Shown piece by piece: positions 18,740 through 29,077 of a stretch of DNA of 64,000 nt. Both the position numbers and the translations under genes were made by a program. The notes beneath the pieces are model-generated. The model was not told the origin of the DNA and searched no databases. It saw only the letters and a list, made by a program, of their open reading frames with translations. Source of the DNA: Candidatus Amesbacteria bacterium (lineage in GTDB: Bacteria > Patescibacteriota > Microgenomatia > CAZETR01 > Amesbacteraceae); assembly GCA_963736875.1 (NCBI GenBank), contig CAVTQH010000002.1, forward strand, positions 5,294 through 69,293, given 5' to 3'. The stretch's first letter is position 1, and the number at the start of each line of letters is the position of its first letter.

Positions 18740-19545
18740 ACCGGGTGTTTCAAAATAAAATTGACGCTGTCATCCACTTTGCCGGGTATATTTCCGTTCC
18801 CGAATCGGTCGCGGATCCGGCCAAATATTTCACTAATAATTTGGTCAAACCCCTCTCCTTACTTGAATCCATGACCAGCCACAGCGTTAAATATTTGATT
18901 TTTTCCTCTACAGCCGCCGTTTACGGCCAGCCGGAAACTGTTCCCATTCCGGAAAATCACCCCAAAAATCCTACGAGCCCTTATGGCTTGTCGAAGCTTT
19001 GTTTCGAGCAGCTTCTTGGTTACTATGACCGTCAGTTTGGCCTTAAATCAATCTCCCTGCGCTATTTCAACGCCTGCGGGGCCAGCCCCGACGGCCGGTT
19101 TGGTGAAGACCATTCACCGGAAGGCCATATCATCCCCAATGCTATTAAAGCCGCAGTAAACAAAAATCCTTTCACTCTGTTTGGTACCGATTTTCCGACT
19201 CCCGACGGCACTTGTATCCGCGATTATATTCACATAGAAGATCTCTGTTCCGCCCACCAGCTTGCTATGGACGCTTTAAAAAACGGGCACAAAACCGACG
19301 TTTTTAATGCCGGTACCGGCACCGGCCATTCCAATAAAGAAATTGTCAAAGCGATTCAGAAGGTTGCCGGTGATTTCCCGGTCAAACTTGCCCCCCGCCG
19401 TCCCGGAGACTCGGCCGAGCTGATTGCCGATTCCGCCCGTCTTTCTAAAGAACTGGGTTGGAAACCCCAATCCTCTGATATCAATACCATCATCAAATCC
19501 GCTTACAAGTGGCACTCCTCTCACCCGAAAGGTTACTCCGGCTGA
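18706..19545 (+). CDS. galE: UDP-glucose 4-epimerase, main body (continues from 18497..18739 after a frameshift)
   Basis: [24 protein letters not shown] (YxxxK), [32 protein letters not shown]; collinear with GalE to the C-terminal HPKGY. Confidence 0.8.
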   Translation: MSGNVGDKKILNRVFQNKIDAVIHFAGYISVPESVADPAKYFTNNLVKPLSLLESMTSHSVKYLIFSSTAAVYGQPETVPIPENHPKNPTSPYGLSKLCFEQLLGYYDRQFGLKSISLRYFNACGASPDGRFGEDHSPEGHIIPNAIKAAVNKNPFTLFGTDFPTPDGTCIRDYIHIEDLCSAHQLAMDALKNGHKTDVFNAGTGTGHSNKEIVKAIQKVAGDFPVKLAPRRPGDSAELIADSARLSKELGWKPQSSDINTIIKSAYKWHSSHPKGYSG

Positions 19546-19739
19546 TCGTTCGCTTTGTTTATCTCTCCCTTTACTTTAACCAAAAACTTTTCATCATTCT
19601 TAATTACCCGTCCCGCCACTTCCTTCACTGAATCAGCTGCTTCAAGCATCTCCTCCGTAGTCGCTGCACTTTTCAAACTCAGAATATTCTGTCGATGTTC
19701 TTCGGCTCTTTTTTCACCGGGTGTCAGATTCTCAGCCAT
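19533..19739 (-). CDS. small hypothetical protein downstream of rpoD
   Basis: 68-aa charged ORF abutting the rpoD stop. Confidence 0.3.
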   Translation of the reverse strand: MAENLTPGEKRAEEHRQNILSLKSAATTEEMLEAADSVKEVAGRVIKNDEKFLVKVKGEINKANDQPE

Positions 19740-19740
19740 G

Positions 19741-20838
19741 TTAATCCAGATAATCTTGCAGTTTCTTTCTTCTAGACGGATGTTTCAGTTTTCGTAAGGC
19801 CTTGGCCTCAATCTGCCTGATTCTTTCCCGGGTTACTCCAAACTCTCTTCCCACTTCCTCAAGGGTCATCGGGTTTTTCCCGTCCAGTCCAAACCGCATC
19901 CTTAAAACCCTTGCTTCCCGGTCAGTCAGTGTCGCCAGTACTTCTTCAATATTCTCCTTTAAAAGTTCCCTTGAAGCCGCCTCTATCGGTGACGGTTGTG
20001 ACGTATCCGCAATAAAATCCCCCAGCATCGAATCTTCCTCATCCCCGACCGGTGTCTCCAGGCTCGTAGTGTCCTGGGCAATTTTAAGTATTTCCCGCAC
20101 CCGGTGAGCCGTCATTTCCCCCATGGTCTGGGCGATCTCTTCTGCTGTCGGTTCCCGTCCCAGACTCTGCATCAGCTGTCTTTGCGTCCGGATCAGCTTG
20201 TTTATCGTTTCCACCATATGTACCGGAATCCGGATGGTTCTGGCCTGATCGGCAATTGCCCGGGTGATTGCCTGCCTGATCCACCACGTCGCATATGTTG
20301 AAAATTTATATCCCTTTCTCCAGTCATATTTCTCCACCGCCCGGATGAGTCCCTGGTTTCCTTCCTGTATCAGATCCAGAAGCGACAGGCCCCGCATTAC
20401 ATACTTTTTTGCAATCGACACCACCAGCCTCAGATTACTTTCAGTCAGTTTCTTTTTGGCTCTCCTGTCACCTTTTTCAATTTTTTGGGCTAAACTAATC
20501 TCCTCCTCGGGTTTTAGAAGCGGAATTTTGCCAATCTCCCGCAAATACATCCTTACCGGATCGGTGGTTACCGCTCCTTCCACTTTGGTCAGTGCTTCAA
20601 TCTCCTTCTCCAGCTCAGCTACCGCTTTTTCATCTTCCTCCACCTCCTGCTCTGTAATTGTTTCAAAAACGTCTACTCCTGCCGTCAGCAGTTTTCCGAA
20701 CAACTGATCAAGCTCCTCCAGCCTGTCTTCGGCATCCGGAAATGTTTCCAAAATCTCATCCAGGGTCAGAAAGCCCTGATGTTTGCCCTTGTTTATAAGG
20801 GTTTCTGCCTCAGCTGATAATTTAACTTGTTTCGCCAT
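19741..20838 (-). CDS. rpoD: RNA polymerase sigma-70 factor
   Basis: Region 2 [54 protein letters not shown]; region 4 [29 protein letters not shown]. Confidence 0.92.
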   Translation of the reverse strand: MAKQVKLSAEAETLINKGKHQGFLTLDEILETFPDAEDRLEELDQLFGKLLTAGVDVFETITEQEVEEDEKAVAELEKEIEALTKVEGAVTTDPVRMYLREIGKIPLLKPEEEISLAQKIEKGDRRAKKKLTESNLRLVVSIAKKYVMRGLSLLDLIQEGNQGLIRAVEKYDWRKGYKFSTYATWWIRQAITRAIADQARTIRIPVHMVETINKLIRTQRQLMQSLGREPTAEEIAQTMGEMTAHRVREILKIAQDTTSLETPVGDEEDSMLGDFIADTSQPSPIEAASRELLKENIEEVLATLTDREARVLRMRFGLDGKNPMTLEEVGREFGVTRERIRQIEAKALRKLKHPSRRKKLQDYLD

Positions 20839-20944
20839 ATATCAATGTGGCTCTGCCACATAAAAAAGGCCTGTGTCAAGACGGTGTGAGCCTAGCCGGA
20901 CTTACCGAAGCGTCATGCCTCAAATATGGAGCCAATATACCGTA

Positions 20945-22681
20945 TTACTTCTCCTTCGTCAACTCATTCAGCCTCCGGGTCAGCTGTAATAGTTCTTTTT
21001 CCCGGCCTGTATGAGTTCCTTTTGCCAGAAAAGCGGTAATTTTTTCCCTGATGGTAATCTCCTCCAGATCTTTAACGGCTTTTTCCCATTCTTTTTCCGC
21101 TCCCTCCTCGTCAACTTCATCGTCCAAAAGCATCAGTTCCGCCGTTTTTTCTTTCAGTTCCGCGGGCAGGGAAGCTATCAGGTCTTTGGTATTGGACAAT
21201 TTGGTTTCACTGCTTGCAAAGTGCTCCACCACCCGTACCCAAAATCCCGTTCCGAACAACCCCGCCACCGCCGGGCTGATCAACTGCTTTACTTTCTTGT
21301 TTCGCAAAGCCAGTCCCGTCACGTATTCTTCCACCATTTCCCGGCGGGGTAGTTTCTCCGTATCATCTGTTTTTTTGCTTTCAGAAGCCGTGTCCGGACT
21401 CTTTATTTTCCCCATCTGTTCCCTCAGCACATCCAAATCGATTTCCGTTTTCCCCGCCAGCTCCTTTAAATACTCATCCTTTCTTACCGGATCACTGATC
21501 ATGTCCAGAAACTGCAGCACGTCTTTGGCTGCTCTGGTCTTGCCCTCGGCTGAAAACCCGAATTTTTTAACTGCCGTATCAATATAAAAACTGTAAATTG
21601 ATATCACTTTTTGCGCCATCTGTCTCCACTTATCAGGTTCCGTTGTCGCTACATCCGCCACATCTTTTATCCCTTCTCCCGCCTCCGACCAGTCAATTGT
21701 CTCTACAAATAAACCGGCTTTCTCGGCAATTTCAATTCCCCTTCTGGCTGCCGATCCTCCCGCCAGATCCGCATCCATCCCCAAGACCACCCTGTCTCCC
21801 AGCCGTCTCAAAAGCTCCACCTGCTTTCCTGTCAAAGCCGATCCCTTAACCGCCACCACGTTCGGCACACCCGCCTGCCAGGAGGCTATGGCATCCAGCT
21901 CCCCCTCCACCACCACCGCCCATCCCAGTTTTTTAATCTCGGCTTTATTAATATCCAATCCGTACAGCAGGTCTCCCTTATGATATATTTCCGTCTCCGG
22001 CGTGTTTACATACTTGCCGGTTTGTTCATCCCCTCCCGGCATCACTCTGCCGGCAAATCCGACAGTCTGCCCCCGGTGATTGTTCAAAGGAAACATTACC
22101 CGGTTTCGAAACCTGTCATATCCTCCTTTCGGGCTGGGTACTACCAGTCCCGCCCTCTCCAGATCCTGAATTTGATAGTTTTTCTTCCCCGACAGGTACT
22201 TGATCAGAAAGTCCCACCCCTCGGGCGCAAAACCCAATTTAAACGTCTCCACCGCCTTCTCCTTTATTCCTCTCTTTCTTAAATACTCCAGAGCTTCTTT
22301 TCCCACCCTGTGCCTGGTCAGTAAATAATGGTAATACTCCCCCGCGAAATTATTGATCGTAAATAGCCTCTCCCTCTCCTCCTCCCCCTTGGTCGGAACA
22401 TAACTTTCCAGAGTTACCCCCGCTCTTTTGGCCAGAGTTTTAAGCGCTTCACCAAACTCTACCCCCTCAATCTTTTGTAAAAAAGCGTAGGCATCCCCTC
22501 CCGCTCCGCAGCCGAAACATTTAAATATCTGGAGCTCCGGATTAACCATAAACGAGGGCGTCTTCTCTCCGTGAAACGGGCACAAACCCTTGAAATTTCT
22601 CCCGGCCCTGGTCAGCTTCACATACTCCCCCACCAGCTGCGCCATGTCCACCTTGCTTTTAATCTCTTCAATCTGATCCAT
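20945..22681 (-). CDS. dnaG: DNA primase
   Basis: Zinc ribbon CPFHGEKTPSF...CFGCGAGGD; TOPRIM VVVEGELDAIASWQAGVPNVVAVKGSALT. Start re-chosen at MDQIEEIK; the track ORF extends to 22774. Classic dnaG-rpoD adjacency. Confidence 0.88.
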   Translation of the reverse strand: MDQIEEIKSKVDMAQLVGEYVKLTRAGRNFKGLCPFHGEKTPSFMVNPELQIFKCFGCGAGGDAYAFLQKIEGVEFGEALKTLAKRAGVTLESYVPTKGEEERERLFTINNFAGEYYHYLLTRHRVGKEALEYLRKRGIKEKAVETFKLGFAPEGWDFLIKYLSGKKNYQIQDLERAGLVVPSPKGGYDRFRNRVMFPLNNHRGQTVGFAGRVMPGGDEQTGKYVNTPETEIYHKGDLLYGLDINKAEIKKLGWAVVVEGELDAIASWQAGVPNVVAVKGSALTGKQVELLRRLGDRVVLGMDADLAGGSAARRGIEIAEKAGLFVETIDWSEAGEGIKDVADVATTEPDKWRQMAQKVISIYSFYIDTAVKKFGFSAEGKTRAAKDVLQFLDMISDPVRKDEYLKELAGKTEIDLDVLREQMGKIKSPDTASESKKTDDTEKLPRREMVEEYVTGLALRNKKVKQLISPAVAGLFGTGFWVRVVEHFASSETKLSNTKDLIASLPAELKEKTAELMLLDDEVDEEGAEKEWEKAVKDLEEITIREKITAFLAKGTHTGREKELLQLTRRLNELTKEK

Positions 22682-22724
22682 TGGCCCGATTATACTTCCT
22701 TCTCCACCAATCGCCCCAAACCCG

Positions 22725-23579
22725 CTACTGTTGGGGAATTTGTAGCAGAGCTGACGTACTCTCCCCACCCACATACGTCGGTAGTTTACCGTCCCATTTC
22801 TCGATCCATAGTTTTCTCAGAAGCGCATCTGAAATTGTTGTTCGTTGCAGTTCCTGCTCCCGGGCTTGTCCCTCTGCCGCGGTTATCCTCTGGGCTTTCT
22901 TAAACTCTTCCTGTGCTGCTTTGTTCTTCTCCACCTCAATCTTTACCAGCTCTACCTGTTTGGCTTTAATCGCCTCCACATAAGATTTATCAAACGCAAT
23001 CTCCCGTACCCCGATCATGTCCAGAATCAATCCGTTAGTCTCGAACACCGGTTTTAATTTATCAAATATCGCCTCCTGCACTTTAAGTGAGCCCTCACCT
23101 GTATACAAGTCCTCTGCGGAATATCCTCTGGGGACATTTCTCACCCACACCCGGGATTCAGTCTTTACAATCTTTTCTACCAGAGCTCCCTCAGGCCCGA
23201 TATTCTGAGCCACCCAGGTAGCCTTGGTCGGATCTACCGAAAACCTGATCGTATACGAAATATCCACCGGCTGCCCGTCCTTGGTATTTGTATCCACCGG
23301 AATATCCCGGTAATCGGCTGTAGACAACACTGATTTATCAGAAGGCGCTGTTTCATAATTTATCTTTTTGGTGTTGTAGTACAAAGTTTTTTCGACCAGC
23401 GGCACGATAAAATTTGCCCCCGGAGAAAGTACTCGTCCTGTCACCTGGCCAAACCTGGTTACTACGGCCACCTCGCCCGCTTCAACCGCCCTAAATCCTA
23501 AAAGCAGTACTACCACCACCACTACTACCACCCCCGCCGACTTGGTAAAAGCAGAAATCAATCTCAAAATATCCTTCAT
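22725..23579 (-). CDS. SPFH/band-7 (prohibitin/HflC-like) membrane protein
   Basis: N-terminal TM then GEVAVVTRFGQVTGRVLSPGANFIVPLVEK, the SPFH core pattern. Confidence 0.7.
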   Translation of the reverse strand: MKDILRLISAFTKSAGVVVVVVVVLLLGFRAVEAGEVAVVTRFGQVTGRVLSPGANFIVPLVEKTLYYNTKKINYETAPSDKSVLSTADYRDIPVDTNTKDGQPVDISYTIRFSVDPTKATWVAQNIGPEGALVEKIVKTESRVWVRNVPRGYSAEDLYTGEGSLKVQEAIFDKLKPVFETNGLILDMIGVREIAFDKSYVEAIKAKQVELVKIEVEKNKAAQEEFKKAQRITAAEGQAREQELQRTTISDALLRKLWIEKWDGKLPTYVGGESTSALLQIPQQ

Positions 23580-23594
23580 TCCGCCATTACTATA

Positions 23595-25145
23595 TCACAA
23601 TTTGTATACAGCCGATTCAGCATCCTCCCACACCTTTTCCTGACCCTTTAAAGTCTCCAACTCGGTCAGTTTTTCCAAATCCGTCTCCTTCTTGTGCACT
23701 ATCACAAAGTCCACTCCCGTTTCAGACAGTTTCCGGTTCAGTTCGGCACTGGGATAATCCCTCTGTATTTCCGTCAGCAATTTCTCCCTCGCTGGCGGCA
23801 TAAATCCCGCCGCCCCGTTTATCAAATTCTTACGGTGCAAAAGACTAAATACCATTCTGTTCATTTCCCTCCAGTGTTTCGTCCCGTCTGCCCATGTAAA
23901 CACCGGGTATTCCAAGATTACCTCGGCCGGCTGATCCTTAAGCCATGCATAAACCGCCGGGTATTCTTCCGGTCTGGGAAAATCCCCCCTCGGCGTCAAT
24001 CTTCCTCCCCCGGCTATTACCACTAGTAGTACCGCTCCCAAAGCCAAGGACTTTCTCCTGTTGTTGACCCCGAGAGCTATCAGGCCCGATGCCGCCAGGG
24101 CGGCTAGCCAGATATACCGGTGCACACTTCGAAGTACCGATACCCCCGGCACCAGATAATACAAGACGCCGTAAGGCAAGGGTATCCACCATTTATCCAG
24201 AATTTTTAAGGTTGTATCCTGCCACTTTAAAGCCGGTCCCAGTGCCATCACCACCCCGAATACCAGAAGTAACCATAGCCACTTTTCTCTCAACCAACCT
24301 TTTTTTATAATCGCTACCGCCAATAATATATACAATCCCGGACTTAAAAACTTCCCCCATAAATCATTCACACTCATTGCAAAGTGAGCCGCCTCCCGTA
24401 TCGAACCTGCGTACCCGAATTCTTGATACACCGATCCGTATGCATATGCTACCGGGGAAACCAGCAGTCCTACCCCCAAAAGGATCAGCAACAAATGCTT
24501 TTTTTGTTTAAGTAAACCGGCTATATTCGGCCAAAGGATTATTACTCCCGTAAATCCTATCCAGAAAGCCTGGTAAATACTCTCCCAGCACTGTACCGCC
24601 AAAAACAATCCCGCAACATACAATTGCCATATCTTCTTATTTTGACCATACCGCCACATCATCCAGCAAGCCAAAATAAGCCATTGCATAATCCACATAT
24701 GAATATGCACGTCAAAAGACATCCTGATTTGCGACAGGGAAAAAGCCAATGTCCCGACAGCCGCCGCCCGGGGATTTTTAGTCAATTCTTTAAGCCATAA
24801 ATAAAGGACCGTCACTGTCAGAAACTGGGCCACAATCAGGACGGTATTATAAGCAGCCACCGGATTACCGGAAAGCTTCACCGGCAGATAGCCGATTAGT
24901 GCCGAAGGCACTAAAAGCATATGCATTGCCGCCGTCTTTTGGTACGGATAAAAAATGTTTCCTTCAAATATGTGGTTCAACCCCCCGGGAATTTTTTGAA
25001 TCGTCTGATTCATCTGCCAGGTAATAATTCCGTCATCCCCTCCCCACGCCCAGGCAGTCAGTGGCCGTGACAAAACCGGCCAAATACTCCAGGCAGATAC
25101 GGCCAGCACGATCACAAAGGGAATCCAGCCGGACAATTTATTCAT
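23595..25145 (-). CDS. large polytopic membrane protein (putative GT-C-type glycosyltransferase)
   Basis: More than 10 predicted TM helices plus a C-terminal soluble domain, inside a glycosyltransferase cluster. Confidence 0.35.
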   Translation of the reverse strand: MNKLSGWIPFVIVLAVSAWSIWPVLSRPLTAWAWGGDDGIITWQMNQTIQKIPGGLNHIFEGNIFYPYQKTAAMHMLLVPSALIGYLPVKLSGNPVAAYNTVLIVAQFLTVTVLYLWLKELTKNPRAAAVGTLAFSLSQIRMSFDVHIHMWIMQWLILACWMMWRYGQNKKIWQLYVAGLFLAVQCWESIYQAFWIGFTGVIILWPNIAGLLKQKKHLLLILLGVGLLVSPVAYAYGSVYQEFGYAGSIREAAHFAMSVNDLWGKFLSPGLYILLAVAIIKKGWLREKWLWLLLVFGVVMALGPALKWQDTTLKILDKWWIPLPYGVLYYLVPGVSVLRSVHRYIWLAALAASGLIALGVNNRRKSLALGAVLLVVIAGGGRLTPRGDFPRPEEYPAVYAWLKDQPAEVILEYPVFTWADGTKHWREMNRMVFSLLHRKNLINGAAGFMPPAREKLLTEIQRDYPSAELNRKLSETGVDFVIVHKKETDLEKLTELETLKGQEKVWEDAESAVYKL

Positions 25146-26560
25146 ATCTTCACCACTATGCTTTCATCCCGATCGATATTTTTACGCACTCTTATCTGCC
25201 CATTAACTAATAACTCATAATTAAAAAGCTCAATCCCCGGCTGCCGCTTAACCCAGACCTTAAACTCCTCTGGAATGTTCCGCCCGTTTTCCAACTCGAT
25301 TTGGGCAGTCCCTTCTCGCTTGGCCGGCACCACCAGCCAAAAGCCAATTATCTGTAAATCTCCCCTTCTCTCCACCACAAACATATCTTCAGATCTGCTC
25401 TGTCTGGTTGAATTGGGTATCTTAAAATCTTCCTCTGTGGCCGATCTTAAAATCTTTCCGTTTACTCTTACACTTACAATCTTTACGGCCGCTTCCGGTA
25501 CTATCACCCGGACATAATTAATATAATCCCCGCCCCAAAACACCGGCGGTTTGGCTGCCGAAAACTCATTATTGTTTCTCAAAATCAGAGTGATTTTCTC
25601 CTTGTCCGGACTCCCTTTCTCAATTTCCTGCTTTACTTCTCTGTCTATGCAACAGTCGGCTTTATTTGCACCCAGATTACTGTCAACCACATATAAATAA
25701 TCTCCGCTCCCGTCCCAGCCGGTGGTAAGTTTTCCGGTCCATCTCATTCTTTCAAAATCACTCTGAATCTCCTCATCCTTTACCCAGGCCAGAATCTGTT
25801 TATTATTCAACTCGTCAACTGCCAAACCGGCCAGTCTGATTAACTGTCCCGGTTTCGCATTTTTGGTTCTCTCCCACAGCGCAGCTCCCACCGCCCCCAG
25901 AAACTCCCTCTTCTCGGTTTTGTTTCCTTCTACTCTCAGCTCCGCATATCTTTGAGCCAGTGTATATAGATTTTTTGAAGTAACCGTCTCGTTAAAAGTC
26001 ACCATATCTATCGGTCCCACCACCTCCAGCCACCCCTTCAAAAAATCCAGATTAACTGCCATTACTCCGTCCACCTTTTCCTCACCCCCCTGCTCCAAAA
26101 ACCAGGACACTGTTGCTGCGGCTGACGCAAAGTCCGGATCCCAATTCGCATCCCGCAGTTTCCACCAACCCTGCTTAAACGATTCCTGGACCGGATACGG
26201 CGGTTCCACATGACCGGGAAGCTGCCCGTCGGGCTGATATATATCTTTAATCGATATTTCCTTTAAGCCTTTCCGGTCAAAAGATATTTTTGCGAAACTT
26301 CCTGCAAATCCCCCCGTCGCCCTAAGTTCTGTATTGTTTTGTAAAAGCACAATATAAGTTTTGTTAAATATCCGCTCCAGTTTGTCCGTAAGCGGTAAAC
26401 CGTTTGTACACCACCCAAAAGTTTTTGCTGTTATATTGGATGACGAATATTGATTGTTAATCATCCTTCTAGCGGTGTCCAGCACCGAGAAAGAGCACCC
26501 CCCTGCCAATGCCAAACCCATCCCCAGCGCCACGACAAAAAATATTATATATCGTTTCAT
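25142..26560 (-). CDS. secreted/periplasmic hypothetical protein
   Basis: Signal-like N-terminus MKRYIIFFVVALGMGLALAGGCSF; ~470-aa soluble domain; 4-nt overlap with the upstream gene. Confidence 0.35.
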   Translation of the reverse strand: MKRYIIFFVVALGMGLALAGGCSFSVLDTARRMINNQYSSSNITAKTFGWCTNGLPLTDKLERIFNKTYIVLLQNNTELRATGGFAGSFAKISFDRKGLKEISIKDIYQPDGQLPGHVEPPYPVQESFKQGWWKLRDANWDPDFASAAATVSWFLEQGGEEKVDGVMAVNLDFLKGWLEVVGPIDMVTFNETVTSKNLYTLAQRYAELRVEGNKTEKREFLGAVGAALWERTKNAKPGQLIRLAGLAVDELNNKQILAWVKDEEIQSDFERMRWTGKLTTGWDGSGDYLYVVDSNLGANKADCCIDREVKQEIEKGSPDKEKITLILRNNNEFSAAKPPVFWGGDYINYVRVIVPEAAVKIVSVRVNGKILRSATEEDFKIPNSTRQSRSEDMFVVERRGDLQIIGFWLVVPAKREGTAQIELENGRNIPEEFKVWVKRQPGIELFNYELLVNGQIRVRKNIDRDESIVVKI

Positions 26561-26668
26561 ATACGCTCAACGTATCTTAAATCATACAGGGATAATAATT
26601 CACATATGAACAATGGATATACCCGCCGGTTTTTCATCTTCTCCAACCCGAAAGAAACCCATATATTT

Positions 26669-27790
26669 TCAGTCATATTTTTTCTTACTCATAAAAACAA
26701 CTGCTGCTGCCAAAAATATCATTATCACAAACAGTTTCGGCCGGTAATCCAACTGCGTCAATTCTGCCGCCATACATAAGACCGCCGCCACGGCCATCTT
26801 CTCCTCTCTCCCCTGCCCTCTCATCCACCGCCACCCGGCCAGAAGAAGCGGTAAAAACGCTACAAATGTATACCTCAGACACGACACGATATTCACCGGC
26901 CAGGACGGAAGAAAAAATAAATATATTCCCAGATTTAGAAACCCCAAAACCACCCACCGGTTTCTTACAACCAGAGGCAGCAGTAACAGTAAATTCCATA
27001 TCAAATACTCCGATATAAAAACACTGATCACAAGTCCCGGATATTTCAAAAATACCATCCACGGCTTCCAGATCATCAGGTTAAAATCCGGGTCCCCCTG
27101 CCATAAAAGCATCGTCTCGGGATACACCGGATTCCCGGTCAATATCCAATTTCTTACATACCACCAGCCTCCGATTACCCCGGCCGGAATAATCCAGTAC
27201 AGGTTTCTCTTCCACCCCAAGCTCCGCCAGTCCCTCCAAAATACCAACAGTAATCCTCCGGCAAACAACAGTCCCGAATATTTTGTCCCCGCCATCATCC
27301 CCAGATATACTCCCAGCCATATCCAATCGTCATACTTCTTGGTTTTTTTAGTCAGTTTAAGTACGACTGCCCCCCACCACACCGCCAGCCAGATATCCAC
27401 TGTCTGGTTATTAATCAGCCGGACTACCGTCGGCCACATCGCCGCCGCCACGGCCAAAATTACGGCGGAATTTTTGGGCAATCCGCTTCTTCTTGCCAGC
27501 ATATACGCCACCCCCGTCCACAATACCCATCCCAGTAAGTTATACAGGTTTAAAGGCAATCCCAGCCGCATCATTACCGCCATCAGGGTTTCCCCCATGG
27601 CCGGGTAATAGAATATCGAGGTGACAAACTCCTTTTTATCAAGCCATTTCCCTTCGGCCACTATCCTGGCTATCGGCAGATGATAGGCCAGACTGTCCCC
27701 CTCCGAAGGGGTGGTTGTTACTCCCAGAAACGCAAAATACCCCGCCGTCAGAAGCCAGATTCCCAAAGCAATTTTAGCTAAACTTGTCAT
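26669..27790 (-). CDS. GT-C family (ArnT/PMT-like) membrane glycosyltransferase candidate
   Basis: Polytopic, ~11 TM; co-located with a GT2 gene (overlapping ends). Confidence 0.4.
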   Translation of the reverse strand: MTSLAKIALGIWLLTAGYFAFLGVTTTPSEGDSLAYHLPIARIVAEGKWLDKKEFVTSIFYYPAMGETLMAVMMRLGLPLNLYNLLGWVLWTGVAYMLARRSGLPKNSAVILAVAAAMWPTVVRLINNQTVDIWLAVWWGAVVLKLTKKTKKYDDWIWLGVYLGMMAGTKYSGLLFAGGLLLVFWRDWRSLGWKRNLYWIIPAGVIGGWWYVRNWILTGNPVYPETMLLWQGDPDFNLMIWKPWMVFLKYPGLVISVFISEYLIWNLLLLLPLVVRNRWVVLGFLNLGIYLFFLPSWPVNIVSCLRYTFVAFLPLLLAGWRWMRGQGREEKMAVAAVLCMAAELTQLDYRPKLFVIMIFLAAAVVFMSKKKYD

Positions 27791-28490
27791 ACCACCAGTA
27801 TTTCCCGATAAGAAATATAGCCCTCAGGCCATCCTTTGCCCTGATCTTTTTCCCCTCGGAAAAACTCCTGGGTTTATAGGTAATGGGAACTTCCCCGAAC
27901 GGCACTTTCTTTACGGATATTTTAGCTACAATTTCCATTTCAATGCCAAATCCGTTTTCTTCCAGATTCATCTCCCTGAGTAAATCTGTTTTAATTAGTT
28001 TATAACAGGTTTCAGGATCCGTAAATTTCACTCCGAAAGCCGTATTTATTATCCGGCACAACGCTCTCGATCCCCAATAATAATGCGGGTAAATATACTG
28101 GCGTTTATCCCCGCTGTCTCTTGATCCGAACACCGCCGGTAAATTGTCTTTTTCGGCCTTTATTAACAATTTTCTGATCTCTGCCGGCTCATACTCCAAA
28201 TCCGCGTCCTGAATAATTACATAGTCCCCCGTCGCCCGGATAAGTCCCGTCTGAATCGCCCTCCCTTTTCCCTGATTTTTTGTATGGAAAATATATTTAA
28301 AATTCCTAAATCCGGTCTTGGACAGTTTTCTCAGACTTTGAGCCGTCCCGTCGGTCGATCCGTCATCTACCACTATTATCTCCTTTTTAGTCTTTCCCAA
28401 ATTTAATTTACCAAGTCTCTTAATCACCTTCTCCACTGTAATAATTTCGTTATACACCGGCACAATAATCGTCAGTTTCTTAACTCTCAT
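27774..28490 (-). CDS. family 2 glycosyltransferase (dolichol/polyprenol-phosphate sugar transferase-like)
   Basis: IVPVYNE, VVDDGSTDGT, GKGRAIQTGL, IIQDADLEYEP: the DPM1-like GT2 signature. Confidence 0.85.
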   Translation of the reverse strand: MRVKKLTIIVPVYNEIITVEKVIKRLGKLNLGKTKKEIIVVDDGSTDGTAQSLRKLSKTGFRNFKYIFHTKNQGKGRAIQTGLIRATGDYVIIQDADLEYEPAEIRKLLIKAEKDNLPAVFGSRDSGDKRQYIYPHYYWGSRALCRIINTAFGVKFTDPETCYKLIKTDLLREMNLEENGFGIEMEIVAKISVKKVPFGEVPITYKPRSFSEGKKIRAKDGLRAIFLIGKYWWYDKFS

Positions 28491-28676
28491 CTTCCCCGCA
28501 TTTTAACCGGTCTCACTCCAAAACGTAATCCCGTGCTTAATAGGGTTTTTGCGGGCGCCGAACCATTGACGCTGTTAGAACCTATTTTTCAATTCCTACC
28601 AGGTCACATTCACATTTCTGATTTAAGCCATCAACAGCCAACCTATTGTTTAAGTAAAAAAAATTAAATAAAGGTC

Positions 28677-28931
28677 TTATTTGAGCAGAAGGGGTTTAAT
28701 AATTTCAGAAAAGATTATGGCCATGATCATGAAAATTGAAAACAAATTTAATATAATTGCCATGTAGGGTATATAGATATTGTTTTTAGGCAAAGACCTT
28801 TCACTTACAGGAATTTTTAAAGATTTTATTCCCAAAACAAGACCTGGGACACCAAAAATAAAACCGAACCCTACCCACGAAAACAAGAATGCTAAAACAC
28901 CGAGTATTAAAGCAATTATTCTTTTATTCAT
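28677..28931 (-). CDS. small membrane protein
   Basis: 84 aa, 2-3 TM. Confidence 0.3.
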   Translation of the reverse strand: MNKRIIALILGVLAFLFSWVGFGFIFGVPGLVLGIKSLKIPVSERSLPKNNIYIPYMAIILNLFSIFMIMAIIFSEIIKPLLLK

Positions 28932-28957
28932 ATACTTCTATACTACAATTCAAGAGA

Positions 28958-29050
<93 letters not shown>

Positions 29051-29077
29051 AGGTCTTTTTAGCTATATAATTTTATC

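Noticed and set aside
21011-22282. Plus-strand ORFs inside dnaG
   Set aside because: Antisense to a primase gene with zinc-ribbon and TOPRIM motifs; Ser/Phe-rich junk composition.
28490-28677. Possible riboswitch or leader RNA upstream of the GT2 gene
   Set aside because: Only short, weak hairpins; no recognisable conserved riboswitch core.
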